A DNA stretch of 64,000 bases from assembly GCA_965220965.1 (NCBI GenBank), contig CBDCRI010000001.1, forward strand, positions 293,532 through 357,531, read 5' to 3'. Below the pieces are notes generated by a model. That model had not been told where the DNA came from, ran no database searches, and worked only from the letters and a program-made list of their open reading frames with translations. Shown in pieces: positions 38,593 through 47,872 of this stretch. Every line of letters starts with the position of its first letter. Positions within the stretch are counted from its first letter, which is position 1. The stretch is from Candidatus Marinacidobacterium sp. (lineage in GTDB: Bacteria; Acidobacteriota; Vicinamibacteria; Marinacidobacterales; Marinacidobacteraceae). The position numbers were made by a program, and so were the translations under genes.

Positions 38593-39044
38593 GTTGGCCC
38601 CGCCAGCGCGGGGATGGACCCCTCTTGAACACCATCGGCGCAACGCTCAAGCCGTTGGCCCCGCCAGCGCGGGGATGGACCCGCTATGTTGGGGAAGGGT
38701 GTCTCGTCGAGAAGGTTGGCCCCGCCTGCGCGGGGATGGACCCCTCTTGGCAAAGATGAATTTTGCCACGCAATCGTTGGCCCCGCCTGCGCGGGGATGG
38801 ACCCTGCATTCGACGGCAGCTTGCTCTCATTGCTTCGTTGGCCCCGCCAGCGCGGGGATGGACCCCTCATTGAAATGATGACCAGTGACTCCACCGAGCT
38901 TGCCCCGCCCGAGCGGGGATGATCCCTTGAGAAAGTGGCCAGCGACGCCAATGCTCCAGTTGGCCCCGCCCGCGCGGGGGAGAGCCCGTTGCATGTTGAC
39001 GCCGCGATCGCGAGCGAAGCTTTGCCCCGCCCACGCGGGGATGG
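38593..39044 (+). CRISPR. CRISPR sub-array 2c: 8 repeats.
   Basis: GTTGGCCCCGCC[AT]GCGCGGGGATGGACCC at a 61-bp period. The last repeats degenerate. Confidence 0.9.
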
Positions 39045-39592
39045 AGCGAGGCTTGTGTTGCAGCCTCGGCGAGGGGAGCCTCTCCAACTGCCAGAACGTG
39101 CTCGGATCGCTTGGATCGCAAAGCGGCCGCGCCACAAGCTTCGGTTCGCGGCCGGCGTGCATGCCACGTCCCCACCCAGGTTTTCGCGAGGCGCCCGAGG
39201 CTGGCTTTGGCGGCCGCTGAGCCGTCGCCTGCCGCCAATGCCTGCCTCGACGTCAAGCGAAGGAAGCCCGCCCCCGGAAGTCAGGGAAGGCCGGCGGTGG
39301 GGCCCCGGCCTTCGGCGTGCCTGTCGCGCACAAGGATCAGGTTGCCGGTCCGGGCACGCTCCCACCCAGGATGACCCGTCGATGCCGTGACTGGGGAGGC
39401 CAAGCCCAATGGCGCGGTTGGCTCGGAGCCGGCCTGCCATGCCGACCGATGGCGGTGGCGGCGGCGAGGAGCCAACCCCTGACGCCTGGCCTGCGCCATG
39501 TGCTGTACACTGGAGGCGCGCCGTTCATGGGGGGAGGCTATCGAGTTAACGGATCAGACATTGTGAGTTGCAACAAGGGCTTAAGGGATAGG
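39045..39592 (+). repeat. Leader-like duplicated element C (~548 bp).
   Basis: Near-identical to A over most of its length. Confidence 0.8.
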
Positions 39593-40292
39593 GTTGGCCC
39601 CGCCTGCGCGGGGATGGACCCACAAGAACCGCCTATGATGGATCTTGAGGCCGGTTGGCCCCGCCTGCGCGGGGATGGACCCTCGTGGAACATCCGCGTT
39701 GGGTAAGCGCGCGTGTTGGCCCCGCCTGCGCGGGGATGGACCCTTTCTAAACGGAAGTTGTGTCGCAGTTGTGTGGTTGGTCCCGCCGGCGCGGGGATGG
39801 ACCCGAGAAGGGAGCGACATCAGGTCGGAAGAAGAAGTTAGCCCCGCCTGCGCGGGGATGCACCGGAGTCCAAGACCGCCTGTGTGCCTGCAGCGCGATT
39901 GCCCCGCCCGAGCGGGGATGGGCCGTTGGATGAGCAGGTCCTTTCCCGCAAGGCAAAGTTGGCCCCGCCCATGCGGGGATGGCCCGCATTCAAAAACCGC
40001 ATGCGCGCCTGCGTTGCGCCGGCCCCGCCCTTGCGGGGATGGTCCCTATGACGATGTGACGCTGCAGACAGCAGAGGAGCGTTGGCCCCGCCTGTGCGGG
40101 GATGAACCCACTCCTCGGTCCGCTTTGCCCACTGCACGGCTTCGCTGGCCCCGCCCAAGCGGGGATGGCCCTTTGTCCAAGACCGCATGCGTGGCTGCAG
40201 CGCCTTGGCCCCGCCCGTGCGGGGATGATCCCGGCGCGCAGTGGATGGCGCCTGCCTTCGTCGGTTTGGCCCCGCCCGCGCGCTCCCCGCGT
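39593..40292 (+). CRISPR. CRISPR sub-array 2d: ~12 repeats, the terminal repeat degenerate.
   Basis: GTTGGCCCCGCCTGCGCGGGGATGGACCC at a 61-bp period, ending in ..CGCGCTCCCCGCGTCC. Confidence 0.9.
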
Positions 40293-40476
40293 CCGCTTCG
40301 GACCCGCGAAAGCTGCGGCTGCGCCACGCGCCGCCGGAGAAGGCCCTTGCTGGCAAAGGCCTCCCGGCAGCCGGCCGGGACCGCCCGTGAACCCGAACCC
40401 GCCATGGCCGCCTGCGGGCGCGAAGGCGGCGGGATTTGCTTCAATCCGCCCTGAACACTTCCGGAGCGGACGCCCG

Positions 40477-41649
40477 ATGAACGACGCCGACATCCTCCCC
40501 GCCCCCCGCATCGCCGATGCCTCCGACGCCTTGCACAGCTGGCTGCGGTCGCACCTTGCCGTCCCCACCAAGGCGAGGATGTGGGGCGTGGAGGGAACCT
40601 TCACCCCGCCGCTGTCCAGGGCGGTCTACGGGGACGGCGGCGCCATCCTCTGCGTCTGCGACAGGCGCGCCCGCCCCGCCTTCTGGCAGGTGCGCATCGA
40701 CAGCAAGTGGCGCATCGGGACCGAGCCCGGCCGCGACCACGCCGCCCTCGACTTGGGCAAGGCCATCCGCGAGATCGCGGCCAACTTGGCGGCTGAGTTC
40801 GCGCCCCTGGACACCGAGGTCGAGGCCGCGGAGGAGAAGGCCCAGCAGGCGGACGACGAAATCGATTGGATGCGGGACTGCGACCCGGAGGCGGCCTTCA
40901 TGGACCCAGGCCTTCCCAGGGACGCGCACGGCAACTTGGCGATCGACATCAGCGACGGCGTGATGTTCTGGCGCGGCGGCGCGACCGCCGCGCCGACGGC
41001 CGTGCGCCACTGCGCGTTCGGCGAGGCGGGCGTCGGCGAGCTCGACGTGATGCACCACGGGATCGTGGAGCCGGTCAGGATCGGGGGCGTCCTAGTGATG
41101 CCCCGCGTCGCGGACGCCTCCGAGGCCGAGCACCTGCGCCTGCAGGCGCTCCTGTGCGCGCCTCGGGAGGGGCGCCTTTGGGAGCACTCCCGGCCGGTCA
41201 AGTTCACGCCAGCGCTGTCGCGCGCGGTCTACGGCGACGGCAAGGGCCTCATCGGCATCACGACCATCAGCGACCGGCCGCGGTACTGGCTGGTGCGCAT
41301 CGACAGCCAGTGGATGGTGCCGGGCCGCAGCTGCGACGCCGAGCGCCGGCTGCCCCCCGACGCGCCGGACGTGGGCGAGGCCATGGAGGGCATAGAGGTG
41401 AACCTCATCGCTGAGTTCGGCTCCTCCGACCCGGAAGCCTACCTCGACGATGAGATCGCCGACTGCGACGACTGCTGCGGCCGCGGGTGCGACGCCTGCG
41501 CCCACACCGGCTACGGGCCCGAGGGCACGCCGCCGGACTTCCCGGCCATCGATCTGACCGACGGGACCAGCTGGTGGCGCGAGGACTACCCGGCGCCGTC
41601 CGCGGACGCCCGGCCGCGCAAGGCGCGCCTTCCCGCCCCCGCCGTCTAG
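40477..41649 (+). CDS. Hypothetical protein with an internally duplicated ~100-aa domain and a C-terminal Cys-rich motif.
   Basis: Duplicated W..EG.FTPPLSRAVYGDGGAILCV.DRRARPAFWQVRIDSKW / W.HSRPVKFTPALSRAVYGDGKGLIGI..ISDRPRYWLVRIDSQW. C-terminal CDDCCGRGCDACAHTGYG...FPAIDLTDGTSWWREDYP. Confidence 0.55.
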   Translation: MNDADILPAPRIADASDALHSWLRSHLAVPTKARMWGVEGTFTPPLSRAVYGDGGAILCVCDRRARPAFWQVRIDSKWRIGTEPGRDHAALDLGKAIREIAANLAAEFAPLDTEVEAAEEKAQQADDEIDWMRDCDPEAAFMDPGLPRDAHGNLAIDISDGVMFWRGGATAAPTAVRHCAFGEAGVGELDVMHHGIVEPVRIGGVLVMPRVADASEAEHLRLQALLCAPREGRLWEHSRPVKFTPALSRAVYGDGKGLIGITTISDRPRYWLVRIDSQWMVPGRSCDAERRLPPDAPDVGEAMEGIEVNLIAEFGSSDPEAYLDDEIADCDDCCGRGCDACAHTGYGPEGTPPDFPAIDLTDGTSWWREDYPAPSADARPRKARLPAPAV

Positions 41650-41726
41650 GCCGTAGGCGCCGGCCGCGGCACCGTTGGTGGCGCGCTTCCTACAATCTCG
41701 GGCATCGCTTCACGTGGGGGGCCGAC

Positions 41727-42842
41727 ATGCCCGACCCGGCAGGCAGCAGGGCGCCATGCGGGCGCCTGGAGGACGCCGTCATCGACGGCGACCGGTTTTC
41801 GCCGCGGACCGCCGCCCCGTCGGACGCCGAGCACGGGCGCTGGCGCGCGCTGCTGGAGGCGCCGACCAGGGCCAAGGTCTGGGGCGCGGGGCCGGAGCGG
41901 GCGTTCATCCCGCCGCTCTCCTCGACCGTGTACGGCGACGGCGAGGCGGTCCTGTGCGTGTCGCCCATCAAGTCGCGGCCGGCCTTCTGGCAGGTGCGCA
42001 TCGACAGCGAGTGGCGCCATGGCGACGGCGGCGGCCCGCCGCGGCGCAACAGCGACGTGGCCCAGGGGGTCCACGCGATCGCCCGCAACCTCGCGCGGGA
42101 GTTCGGCGCCGCGTTCGACCTCTCCGAAGGCTTCTCGTGGCAGCGCGGCGGCCCCGACGCCGCCGTCCCGAGGGATCCGGACAAGCCGCACTACCACCCG
42201 GTCCTGCGCTTCGGCCTCGAAGCGCCGGGCGCGATGGCGCGCAGCGAGCTCGACGGGAGGCTTGGGCACGTGGACGTGGGCCCGGGGAACGCCCTGCGGT
42301 CCGCCGAGGCCATCGCGGTCTGCCCGCGGGTCGCGGACGCCGCCGACGTCGAGCACGAGCGGCTGCGCGCCGCGCTGTGCGTGCCCCAGACGGGAGAGCT
42401 GCGGGGCCAGCCGGTCGAGTTCACGCCGCCGCTGTCCAATGCCGTGTACGGGGACGGACGCGCGCTGCTGTGCGTCTCCACCCGCAACGACCGCCCCAAG
42501 CACTGGCTGGTCCGCATCGACAGCCAATGGCGGGTCGTTGGGGATCCGCACCTGCCGCCGGACGCGCCCGATGTCAAAGGGATGATCCTGGCCATCCTCG
42601 ACAACCTAGAGGCGGAGTTCGGCGACGGCGGCCTCAACAGCCGCTTCACCGGGAAGCGCTGCGGCGCCTGCCCCGCTGAAGGCGCCTGCGAGTCCTGCCA
42701 GGGATGCGGCTTCGAGCCTTGCTGCGAGCCGCCCGAGTTTCCGGCGATCGACACCTCCGTCGGCTTCGGCTACTGGCGGCAGGACTACCCGCAGCCGCCT
42801 GCCCCGAGGCGGCTCCCCAACGCTTCCGCCTGTGGGCCGTAA
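41727..42842 (+). CDS. Paralog of the preceding gene.
   Basis: Same duplicated domain (FIPPLSSTVYGDGEAVLCVSPIKSRPAFWQVRIDSEW ...). C-terminal CGACPAEGACESCQGCGFEPCCEPPEFPAIDTSVGFGYWRQDYP. Confidence 0.55.
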   Translation: MPDPAGSRAPCGRLEDAVIDGDRFSPRTAAPSDAEHGRWRALLEAPTRAKVWGAGPERAFIPPLSSTVYGDGEAVLCVSPIKSRPAFWQVRIDSEWRHGDGGGPPRRNSDVAQGVHAIARNLAREFGAAFDLSEGFSWQRGGPDAAVPRDPDKPHYHPVLRFGLEAPGAMARSELDGRLGHVDVGPGNALRSAEAIAVCPRVADAADVEHERLRAALCVPQTGELRGQPVEFTPPLSNAVYGDGRALLCVSTRNDRPKHWLVRIDSQWRVVGDPHLPPDAPDVKGMILAILDNLEAEFGDGGLNSRFTGKRCGACPAEGACESCQGCGFEPCCEPPEFPAIDTSVGFGYWRQDYPQPPAPRRLPNASACGP

Positions 42843-42993
42843 GGCCGCAGCGCGGGGACGCGGCAGCGAAGCCGCGCGCTTTCGCGGGTTGCTGCAGGCA
42901 GGCGGTTCAGAGCCCCCGAACGCCCAAGGCCGAATCCCCCGCTGTGGCATAATCCCTGCCAGTGCCAAGGCGAGCCAAGGAACCGGGGGAAGC

Positions 42994-43311
42994 ATGCCGG
43001 AGGTGGACTCAGCAGCCGCGCGAAACGGCTTGGGCGCGGTCGAGGCCAAGCCGCCCGACCTGCGGGTTGGGCGCGCGCTCGACGCCGGCTGGCGGGCCAC
43101 CGTCAGGGAAGGCCGCCCGGGACCGCTTCGAAAGGACTTCGAAGCGGCTTTGCAAGCCGTCGCCGAACAGGGCGGCCCGGTTCCCCTGGGGCGCATCCAG
43201 CGCCGGGTCGAGGCCGCCGTGAGGCGCGCATGCGGCCGGGCCGACGCGCGCGCGCATCGCGGGGCCGCGGCCGCAAGGCGGCCCAGGGCGCTTGGCGGGG
43301 CGGACTCATGA
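42994..43311 (+). CDS. Hypothetical small protein.
   Basis: 105-aa ORF. Its stop overlaps the next ATG (ATGA at 43308-43311). Confidence 0.35.
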   Translation: MPEVDSAAARNGLGAVEAKPPDLRVGRALDAGWRATVREGRPGPLRKDFEAALQAVAEQGGPVPLGRIQRRVEAAVRRACGRADARAHRGAAAARRPRALGGADS

Positions 43312-43565
43312 TCTGGAAGACCACCAACGCCTCCACGCAGATCGACGACATCGCCTGGGAGCACGGCTTCGAGGGCGAGCTCGTCGACGCGGATTGCGTC
43401 AGGCACGACGCCAACGGCTTCGCGCCGCCCATCGACGAGGTCAAGCGCGGGCTCTGGACGCTTGCGGGCGCCGAAACCGCGCGCCCGCTGTGGGAGCGGG
43501 CCGACGGGGCGCCGGGCGGGCCGGCCAAGCGCCCCGCCCCCAAGGCCGCGCCCGGGCCGGCGTGA
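43308..43565 (+). CDS. Hypothetical small protein.
   Basis: 86-aa ORF, translationally coupled to the upstream gene. Confidence 0.35.
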   Translation: MIWKTTNASTQIDDIAWEHGFEGELVDADCVRHDANGFAPPIDEVKRGLWTLAGAETARPLWERADGAPGGPAKRPAPKAAPGPA

Positions 43566-43632
43566 GGGCTTGCGCTGCCGGCAGCCGCCGCCTGCCCGGA
43601 GCGCCCATTCACGACGCGGCACGGAGACGGGA

Positions 43633-44148
43633 ATGAACCGAGACGCAACTGACCTCCTGCCCGCCTGGGCGGTCGAGTACCCGCACCGCGGCGACCCCGT
43701 GGCCTACCGGATCGAAAGCCTGGAGAGGCTCGAGGCGCTCGCTCAGGAGGCGGTCGGCAACGGCAAGCATCTGCATCAGACGACCACGTTCGCCGAGGCG
43801 CTGGGGATTTTCGGGGACCTGGACGACATGCGCGAGGCCGGCGGCGCCTGGGCTCGGCTGGCCGACGAGCGCGCCGGCGTCGTGGTGCAGTCGCCGGGCG
43901 AGGACGAGTGGCTCGCGGCGATGCCCCAGCGCAGCTGGCGCGACCGCTACGAGGAGGCCGTCGATGCGCTCAGGAACGACCTGAGCCACCTCAAGCTGGT
44001 GCCGGAGTCCAGGCTCGACGCCGCGCTCGCGGACCCCGCGGAGTGGGAGGGCCGTTGGGGCCAGTGCGGCGGGCCGGCCGGCCAGCGGGCGCTGGCGGCC
44101 GAGACGGACGGCTGGCCGCGGACGCGGGCGCCCTCCCCCGCCCCGTGA
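43633..44148 (+). CDS. Hypothetical protein.
   Basis: 171-aa ORF starting MNRDATDLLPAWAVEYPHRGDPVAYR. Confidence 0.4.
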   Translation: MNRDATDLLPAWAVEYPHRGDPVAYRIESLERLEALAQEAVGNGKHLHQTTTFAEALGIFGDLDDMREAGGAWARLADERAGVVVQSPGEDEWLAAMPQRSWRDRYEEAVDALRNDLSHLKLVPESRLDAALADPAEWEGRWGQCGGPAGQRALAAETDGWPRTRAPSPAP

Positions 44149-44366
44149 CGGGCCGCCGGCGCCGACGTCCCAGCGCCTGACCTCGCCGGGGGCCGCCGGA
44201 CGGGGCGCGGCCGCCATCGCCCTCTCCGGATCCATCGCCCGCATCGCCGCCATGGCCCCTTCCCCCGCCGAAGCCCGCGGGCGCCCGCCTTCGCCCCCGC
44301 CGCGGCGCCCGCCCCGCGGGACGGCCCCGGCCCGCCGGAAGGCGCCCTGAGCCGGCCGGAGCGGTC

Positions 44367-44445
44367 AATCGAATCAAAAAGACGGCGTTTTTGATTCGAT
44401 TAGGGGGCTTAATCGCATCAAAAAACGCTATTATTTGATTCGATT
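44367..44445. promoter_or_regulatory. Two 35-bp palindromic operator-like sites (AATCGAATCAAAAA-N7-TTTTTGATTCGATT and AATCGCATCAAAAAAC..TTATTTGATTCGATT) upstream of the Fic gene.
   Basis: Near-perfect inverted repeats in an AT-rich island 20-100 bp upstream of the ATG at 44464. Confidence 0.6.
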
Positions 44446-44463
44446 AGCGGGAGAACGTCGATC

Positions 44464-45696
44464 ATGTGGATGTGGGAGAGGCCGGACTGGCCGGAATTCA
44501 GGTTCGAGGAGGGTCGCTTGGCGGACGCCATGAGGCGCTTCGCGGAGGCGGACGCGGGTCTCGTCGGCCGCTCGGAGGGCTTCGGGGACGAGTGGCGCCG
44601 GGAGCTGGCCGTCGAGCTGATGTTCGCCGAGGCGCTGGCGTCGCACGCCATCGAGGGCGAGGCGCTTGACAGCGAGTCGGTGCGCTCGTCGCTGCTGCTG
44701 GCCCTGGGGGGGCTGTCGGAGAGCCCGCGCCGGGACCCCCGGATCGCCGAGGGCGGCGCCGTCGCCCTGATCCTGGACGCGCGGCGCCATTGGGACCAGC
44801 CCCTGACCAAGCAACGGCTGTGCGCCTGGCAGTCGATGGCGCTCGCCGGCCGGGCGAAGCCCACTCTGGAGGTCGGCGACTACCGGAGCGGCCCGGAGAA
44901 GATGGGCATCGTCAGCGGCAACGGCAGCCTGCACGGGTTCAAGCCCATGCGCGTGCACTACGAGGCGCCGCCCTCCGACCGCGTGCCCGCCGAGATGGCC
45001 CGCTTCCTTGAGTGGTTCAACGCCTCGCGCGGGCGCATCAACGGCCTGGCGCGCACGGCGGTGGCCCACCTCTGGTTCGAGAAGATCCACCCGTTCGACG
45101 ACGGCAACGGCCGCGTCGGGCGGGCGCTGGCGGACCTGGCGGCCTCGCAGGCGCTCGGGCGCCCGACGCTGTCGTGCCTGGCCACGGCCATCAACCAGGA
45201 CCGCGACCCCTACTACCGCGCCCTGGAGCAGGCCGGCCGGGACGGCATGGACGTCAACCCCTTCCTCGACTACTTCGCGGGCGTGGCGCTGCGCGCCCAG
45301 GAGATCGCCCTTCGGGAGGTGCGCTTCGTGCTCGGCAAGGCGCGCTTCTTCAGCCGCTTCGACGCCCGGCTCAACGCCCGGCAGCGCAAGGCGGCGCTGC
45401 GCGTCTTCGCCGAGGGCTCCAAGGGCTTCGCCGGCGGCCTGTCGCGCAACAACTACCAAGCCATCACCAAGGCCTCCAGCGCCACCGCCACCCGCGACCT
45501 CGCCGACCTGGTGCGCATCGGCGCCATGACATCGGCCGGCGAGGGCCGCAGCGTGCGCTACGCGCTGGCGACCGACCCGCCCCAGCACCTGCTGCTGGAG
45601 GCGCTCGCGGACGGCGCGCCCGCCGGCGCCGCCCCCGAGGCCGAAGCGCACGGCCAGCCGCGGCGCCGGTCGAGGAGCGCCTCCCCAGGCCCCTGA
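44464..45696 (+). CDS. Fic/Doc-family protein (AMPylation-type motif) with a DUF4172-like N-terminus.
   Basis: HPFDDGNGRVGRAL (Fic motif HPFx[DE]GNGR). N-terminal MWMWERPDWPEF. Confidence 0.8.
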   Translation: MWMWERPDWPEFRFEEGRLADAMRRFAEADAGLVGRSEGFGDEWRRELAVELMFAEALASHAIEGEALDSESVRSSLLLALGGLSESPRRDPRIAEGGAVALILDARRHWDQPLTKQRLCAWQSMALAGRAKPTLEVGDYRSGPEKMGIVSGNGSLHGFKPMRVHYEAPPSDRVPAEMARFLEWFNASRGRINGLARTAVAHLWFEKIHPFDDGNGRVGRALADLAASQALGRPTLSCLATAINQDRDPYYRALEQAGRDGMDVNPFLDYFAGVALRAQEIALREVRFVLGKARFFSRFDARLNARQRKAALRVFAEGSKGFAGGLSRNNYQAITKASSATATRDLADLVRIGAMTSAGEGRSVRYALATDPPQHLLLEALADGAPAGAAPEAEAHGQPRRRSRSASPGP

Positions 45697-45844
45697 CCGG
45701 CCGGCCGGCCCCCCTCGGGGGGCGCCCAACGCCGCGCCGGCGCGGGAAAGCGGCGGCATCCGGCGCAAGGGGCTCCCCGCCCGCCCTCGAACTGGGCCGG
45801 CTGCCGGCGGGGGCATGCCCGTCGGGGCCGGCCAAGGGCCCGGT

Positions 45845-45853
45845 TGCTAGAAT
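45845..45853 (+). promoter_or_regulatory. Extended -10-like motif TGCTAGAAT-CCC upstream of cassette gene P1. The same motif recurs at 46851, 48828, 50986, 58622, 59802, 62487, 40438 and 42945.
   Basis: Recurrent TGnTAnAAT followed by CC(C), 40-55 nt upstream of the ATG codons. Confidence 0.45.
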
Positions 45854-45897
45854 CCGTGCCCGCGGCCCGCCCTGGGCCGCCCGGAGAAGGGGGGAGC

Positions 45898-46812
45898 ATG
45901 GCGCAGCGCACCGTCAGATTGCGGCCGGATGCGGCCCGCGAGGCCATCCTCGCCCGGACCTGCCCGCCGAACGCCGTCGTGGCCGGCGACCTGTTCCTCA
46001 CCGGGGAGCCGTGGCTGACCCGGCTGCCCGAGGGCCTCAGGGTCGAGGGCCGGCTGGGGATCAGCGGCTGCCACCGCCTCGCGGGGCCCATCATCGGGCT
46101 GTCGGCGGACTCGCTGGAGATCTCCGACTGCGCCGCCCTGGTGGGCTTGATCGAGGACTCCGCGCAGGGCCTCCTCGTGCCCGGGGACCTGGTCCTGCAG
46201 GACTGCCCCGTGCTGGACCTCTTTCCCGAGGTGGCCGCCATTCGGGGCGACCTCCATGTCAGCAACTGCGGTCTGGGCTGGATGCAAATGGGCCATGGGG
46301 AGCCTTGGAAGCTCGCCGTCGGCGGCTCCGCGACGATCGAGGGGTGCGTCGGCCTCAAAAGCCTGCCGCTGCAAATGGCCGTCGGCGGCGACCTGCACAT
46401 CCTGGACTGCCCGCAGCTCGGCCGCAGCAGCTGGAGGCCGTCGCCGGACGTGTCCGTCGGCGCGGCCTGCCGCATCCAGCGCTGCCACGCCCTCCGGCGA
46501 TTGCCGTCCATCGCGTTCCGGGGGGAGGGCCACCTGCGCATCGCCGAATGCCACAGCCTCTCCGCCGTCTGGGAGGACGTGCGGCCGCGGGGGTCCCTGC
46601 ACCTCGATGACTGCCCGCTGCTGTTGCACCTGCCCGACGGGCTCGCCTTGAGCGGCAGCCTCCATGCGACCGATTGCCCCGCGCTGGAATGGCCGGACGG
46701 CCTTGACGTCCAGGGGGAGGTCAGGGCCTTGGGCACCACCCCGCGCCGGGTGCCGCCCTCGGCAGGCCCCGCCGAAGGGCGCGGCAAGGCGCCGGCCGGC
46801 CCGGCCCCCTGA
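45898..46812 (+). CDS. Cassette-family member P1: ~300-aa cysteine-containing LRR-like repeat protein.
   Basis: N-terminal .AREAIL..TCPP.AVV.G.L.L...P.L..LP.GL.VEG.L.I.GCHRL. Repeats of ~22 aa C(P)xLxxLPxxLxVGGxLxIxxC. C-terminal GTTPRR. Confidence 0.7.
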   Translation: MAQRTVRLRPDAAREAILARTCPPNAVVAGDLFLTGEPWLTRLPEGLRVEGRLGISGCHRLAGPIIGLSADSLEISDCAALVGLIEDSAQGLLVPGDLVLQDCPVLDLFPEVAAIRGDLHVSNCGLGWMQMGHGEPWKLAVGGSATIEGCVGLKSLPLQMAVGGDLHILDCPQLGRSSWRPSPDVSVGAACRIQRCHALRRLPSIAFRGEGHLRIAECHSLSAVWEDVRPRGSLHLDDCPLLLHLPDGLALSGSLHATDCPALEWPDGLDVQGEVRALGTTPRRVPPSAGPAEGRGKAPAGPAP

Positions 46813-46903
46813 GGGCCTGCGGCCCGGCGCCGCCCAGCCGGCCCCGCGGTTGCTAGAATCCCGCCGGGCCCCGCGCAGGGCGGGGCGGCGACGGGAGTGA
46901 GGC

Positions 46904-47800
46904 ATGGCGAACGGCACCGTCATCATGGCCCCGGAGGAGGCGAGCGAGGCGATCCTGGCCGGGACCTGCCCGGCCGGCGCCGTGGTGGCGGGCCACCTGA
47001 CGCTGCACGGCGAGCCCTGGCTGGCCGAGCTGCCCAAGGGCCTTTCGGTCGAGGGGCGGCTGCGCATCGCCGGCTGCCACCGCCTCAAGCGGCTGCCCGA
47101 AGGGCTGTCGGCCCTCGGCCTGGCCGTCGAGAACTGCTGCCTCCTCGAGGGGTTCGACCACGCGGCCTCGCTGCGGTTCGAGACGCCCGGCGACCTCTCC
47201 TTCAGCAACTGCCCTTCGCTGCGGCTGCTCCCGGTTGAGGCCGCCGCCGGGGGCGACCTGACCATCAAGGACTGCCAGCGGGCCTTCGGCCACTCGACGG
47301 GAGGGCCCGCGCTTGCGCCGCGGGCGCTCCAGGCGGGCGGCAGCGCGTTCCTCGCGGGCCTCCCCGGCCTGGTCGAGCTTCGCGGCCGCATCCGCGTCGG
47401 CGAGAGCCTGGAGATCGACGGGTGCCCGTTCCTGGCCCAGGTGGGCGGCGGCCCCGAGCGCATCCGCGTCGGCCGGGGCTGCCGGATCGCCCGCTGCCAC
47501 GCCCTCAGGACCGTGGCGGGCATCGAGTTCGCAGGGGACCGGGGGGAGCTGGCCATCCGCCACTGCACGGCGCTGGAGTCCATCGGCGACGACGTCCGCC
47601 CCTCGGGCAGCCTGGCGGTCATCGGCTGCCCCTCGCTCCCGCGGCTGCCGAGCGGCCTGGCCCTGGCCGGGAGCCTGTGGGCCAACAACTGCCCCGCCCT
47701 GCGCCTGCCCGACGACCTCGAGGTGCGGGGGAGGGTCTGGCAATGGGGCGTGGACATGCGCCGGGCGGCCGCCAAGGGCGGCCCCTCGCCCTCCCCCTGA
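46904..47800 (+). CDS. Cassette-family member P2.
   Basis: MAPEEASEAILAGTCPAGAVVAGHLTLHGEPWLAELPKGLSVEGRLRIAGCHRLKRLPEGLSA...GVDMRRAA. Confidence 0.7.
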   Translation: MANGTVIMAPEEASEAILAGTCPAGAVVAGHLTLHGEPWLAELPKGLSVEGRLRIAGCHRLKRLPEGLSALGLAVENCCLLEGFDHAASLRFETPGDLSFSNCPSLRLLPVEAAAGGDLTIKDCQRAFGHSTGGPALAPRALQAGGSAFLAGLPGLVELRGRIRVGESLEIDGCPFLAQVGGGPERIRVGRGCRIARCHALRTVAGIEFAGDRGELAIRHCTALESIGDDVRPSGSLAVIGCPSLPRLPSGLALAGSLWANNCPALRLPDDLEVRGRVWQWGVDMRRAAAKGGPSPSP

Positions 47801-47872
47801 AGCGCGCCCGGCCACGCGCTCGGCTGCCGGAATCGACGGACCCGCGCGCAACGCGGACCGGAAGGAGCGAAC

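Noticed and set aside
37044-40604. ORFs of 60-370 aa across the I-E-type arrays and leader-like elements (for example 38337..39440 minus and 39645..40454 plus).
   Set aside because: They translate the repeated GCCCCGCC.GCGCGGGGATGG units (PRAGG / PACAGMD periodicity). No independent coding signal.
45012-46610. A 532-aa plus ORF overlapping the Fic 3' half and P1 in another frame.
   Set aside because: An out-of-frame GC-rich ORF. Fic and P1 have specific motifs in their own frames.
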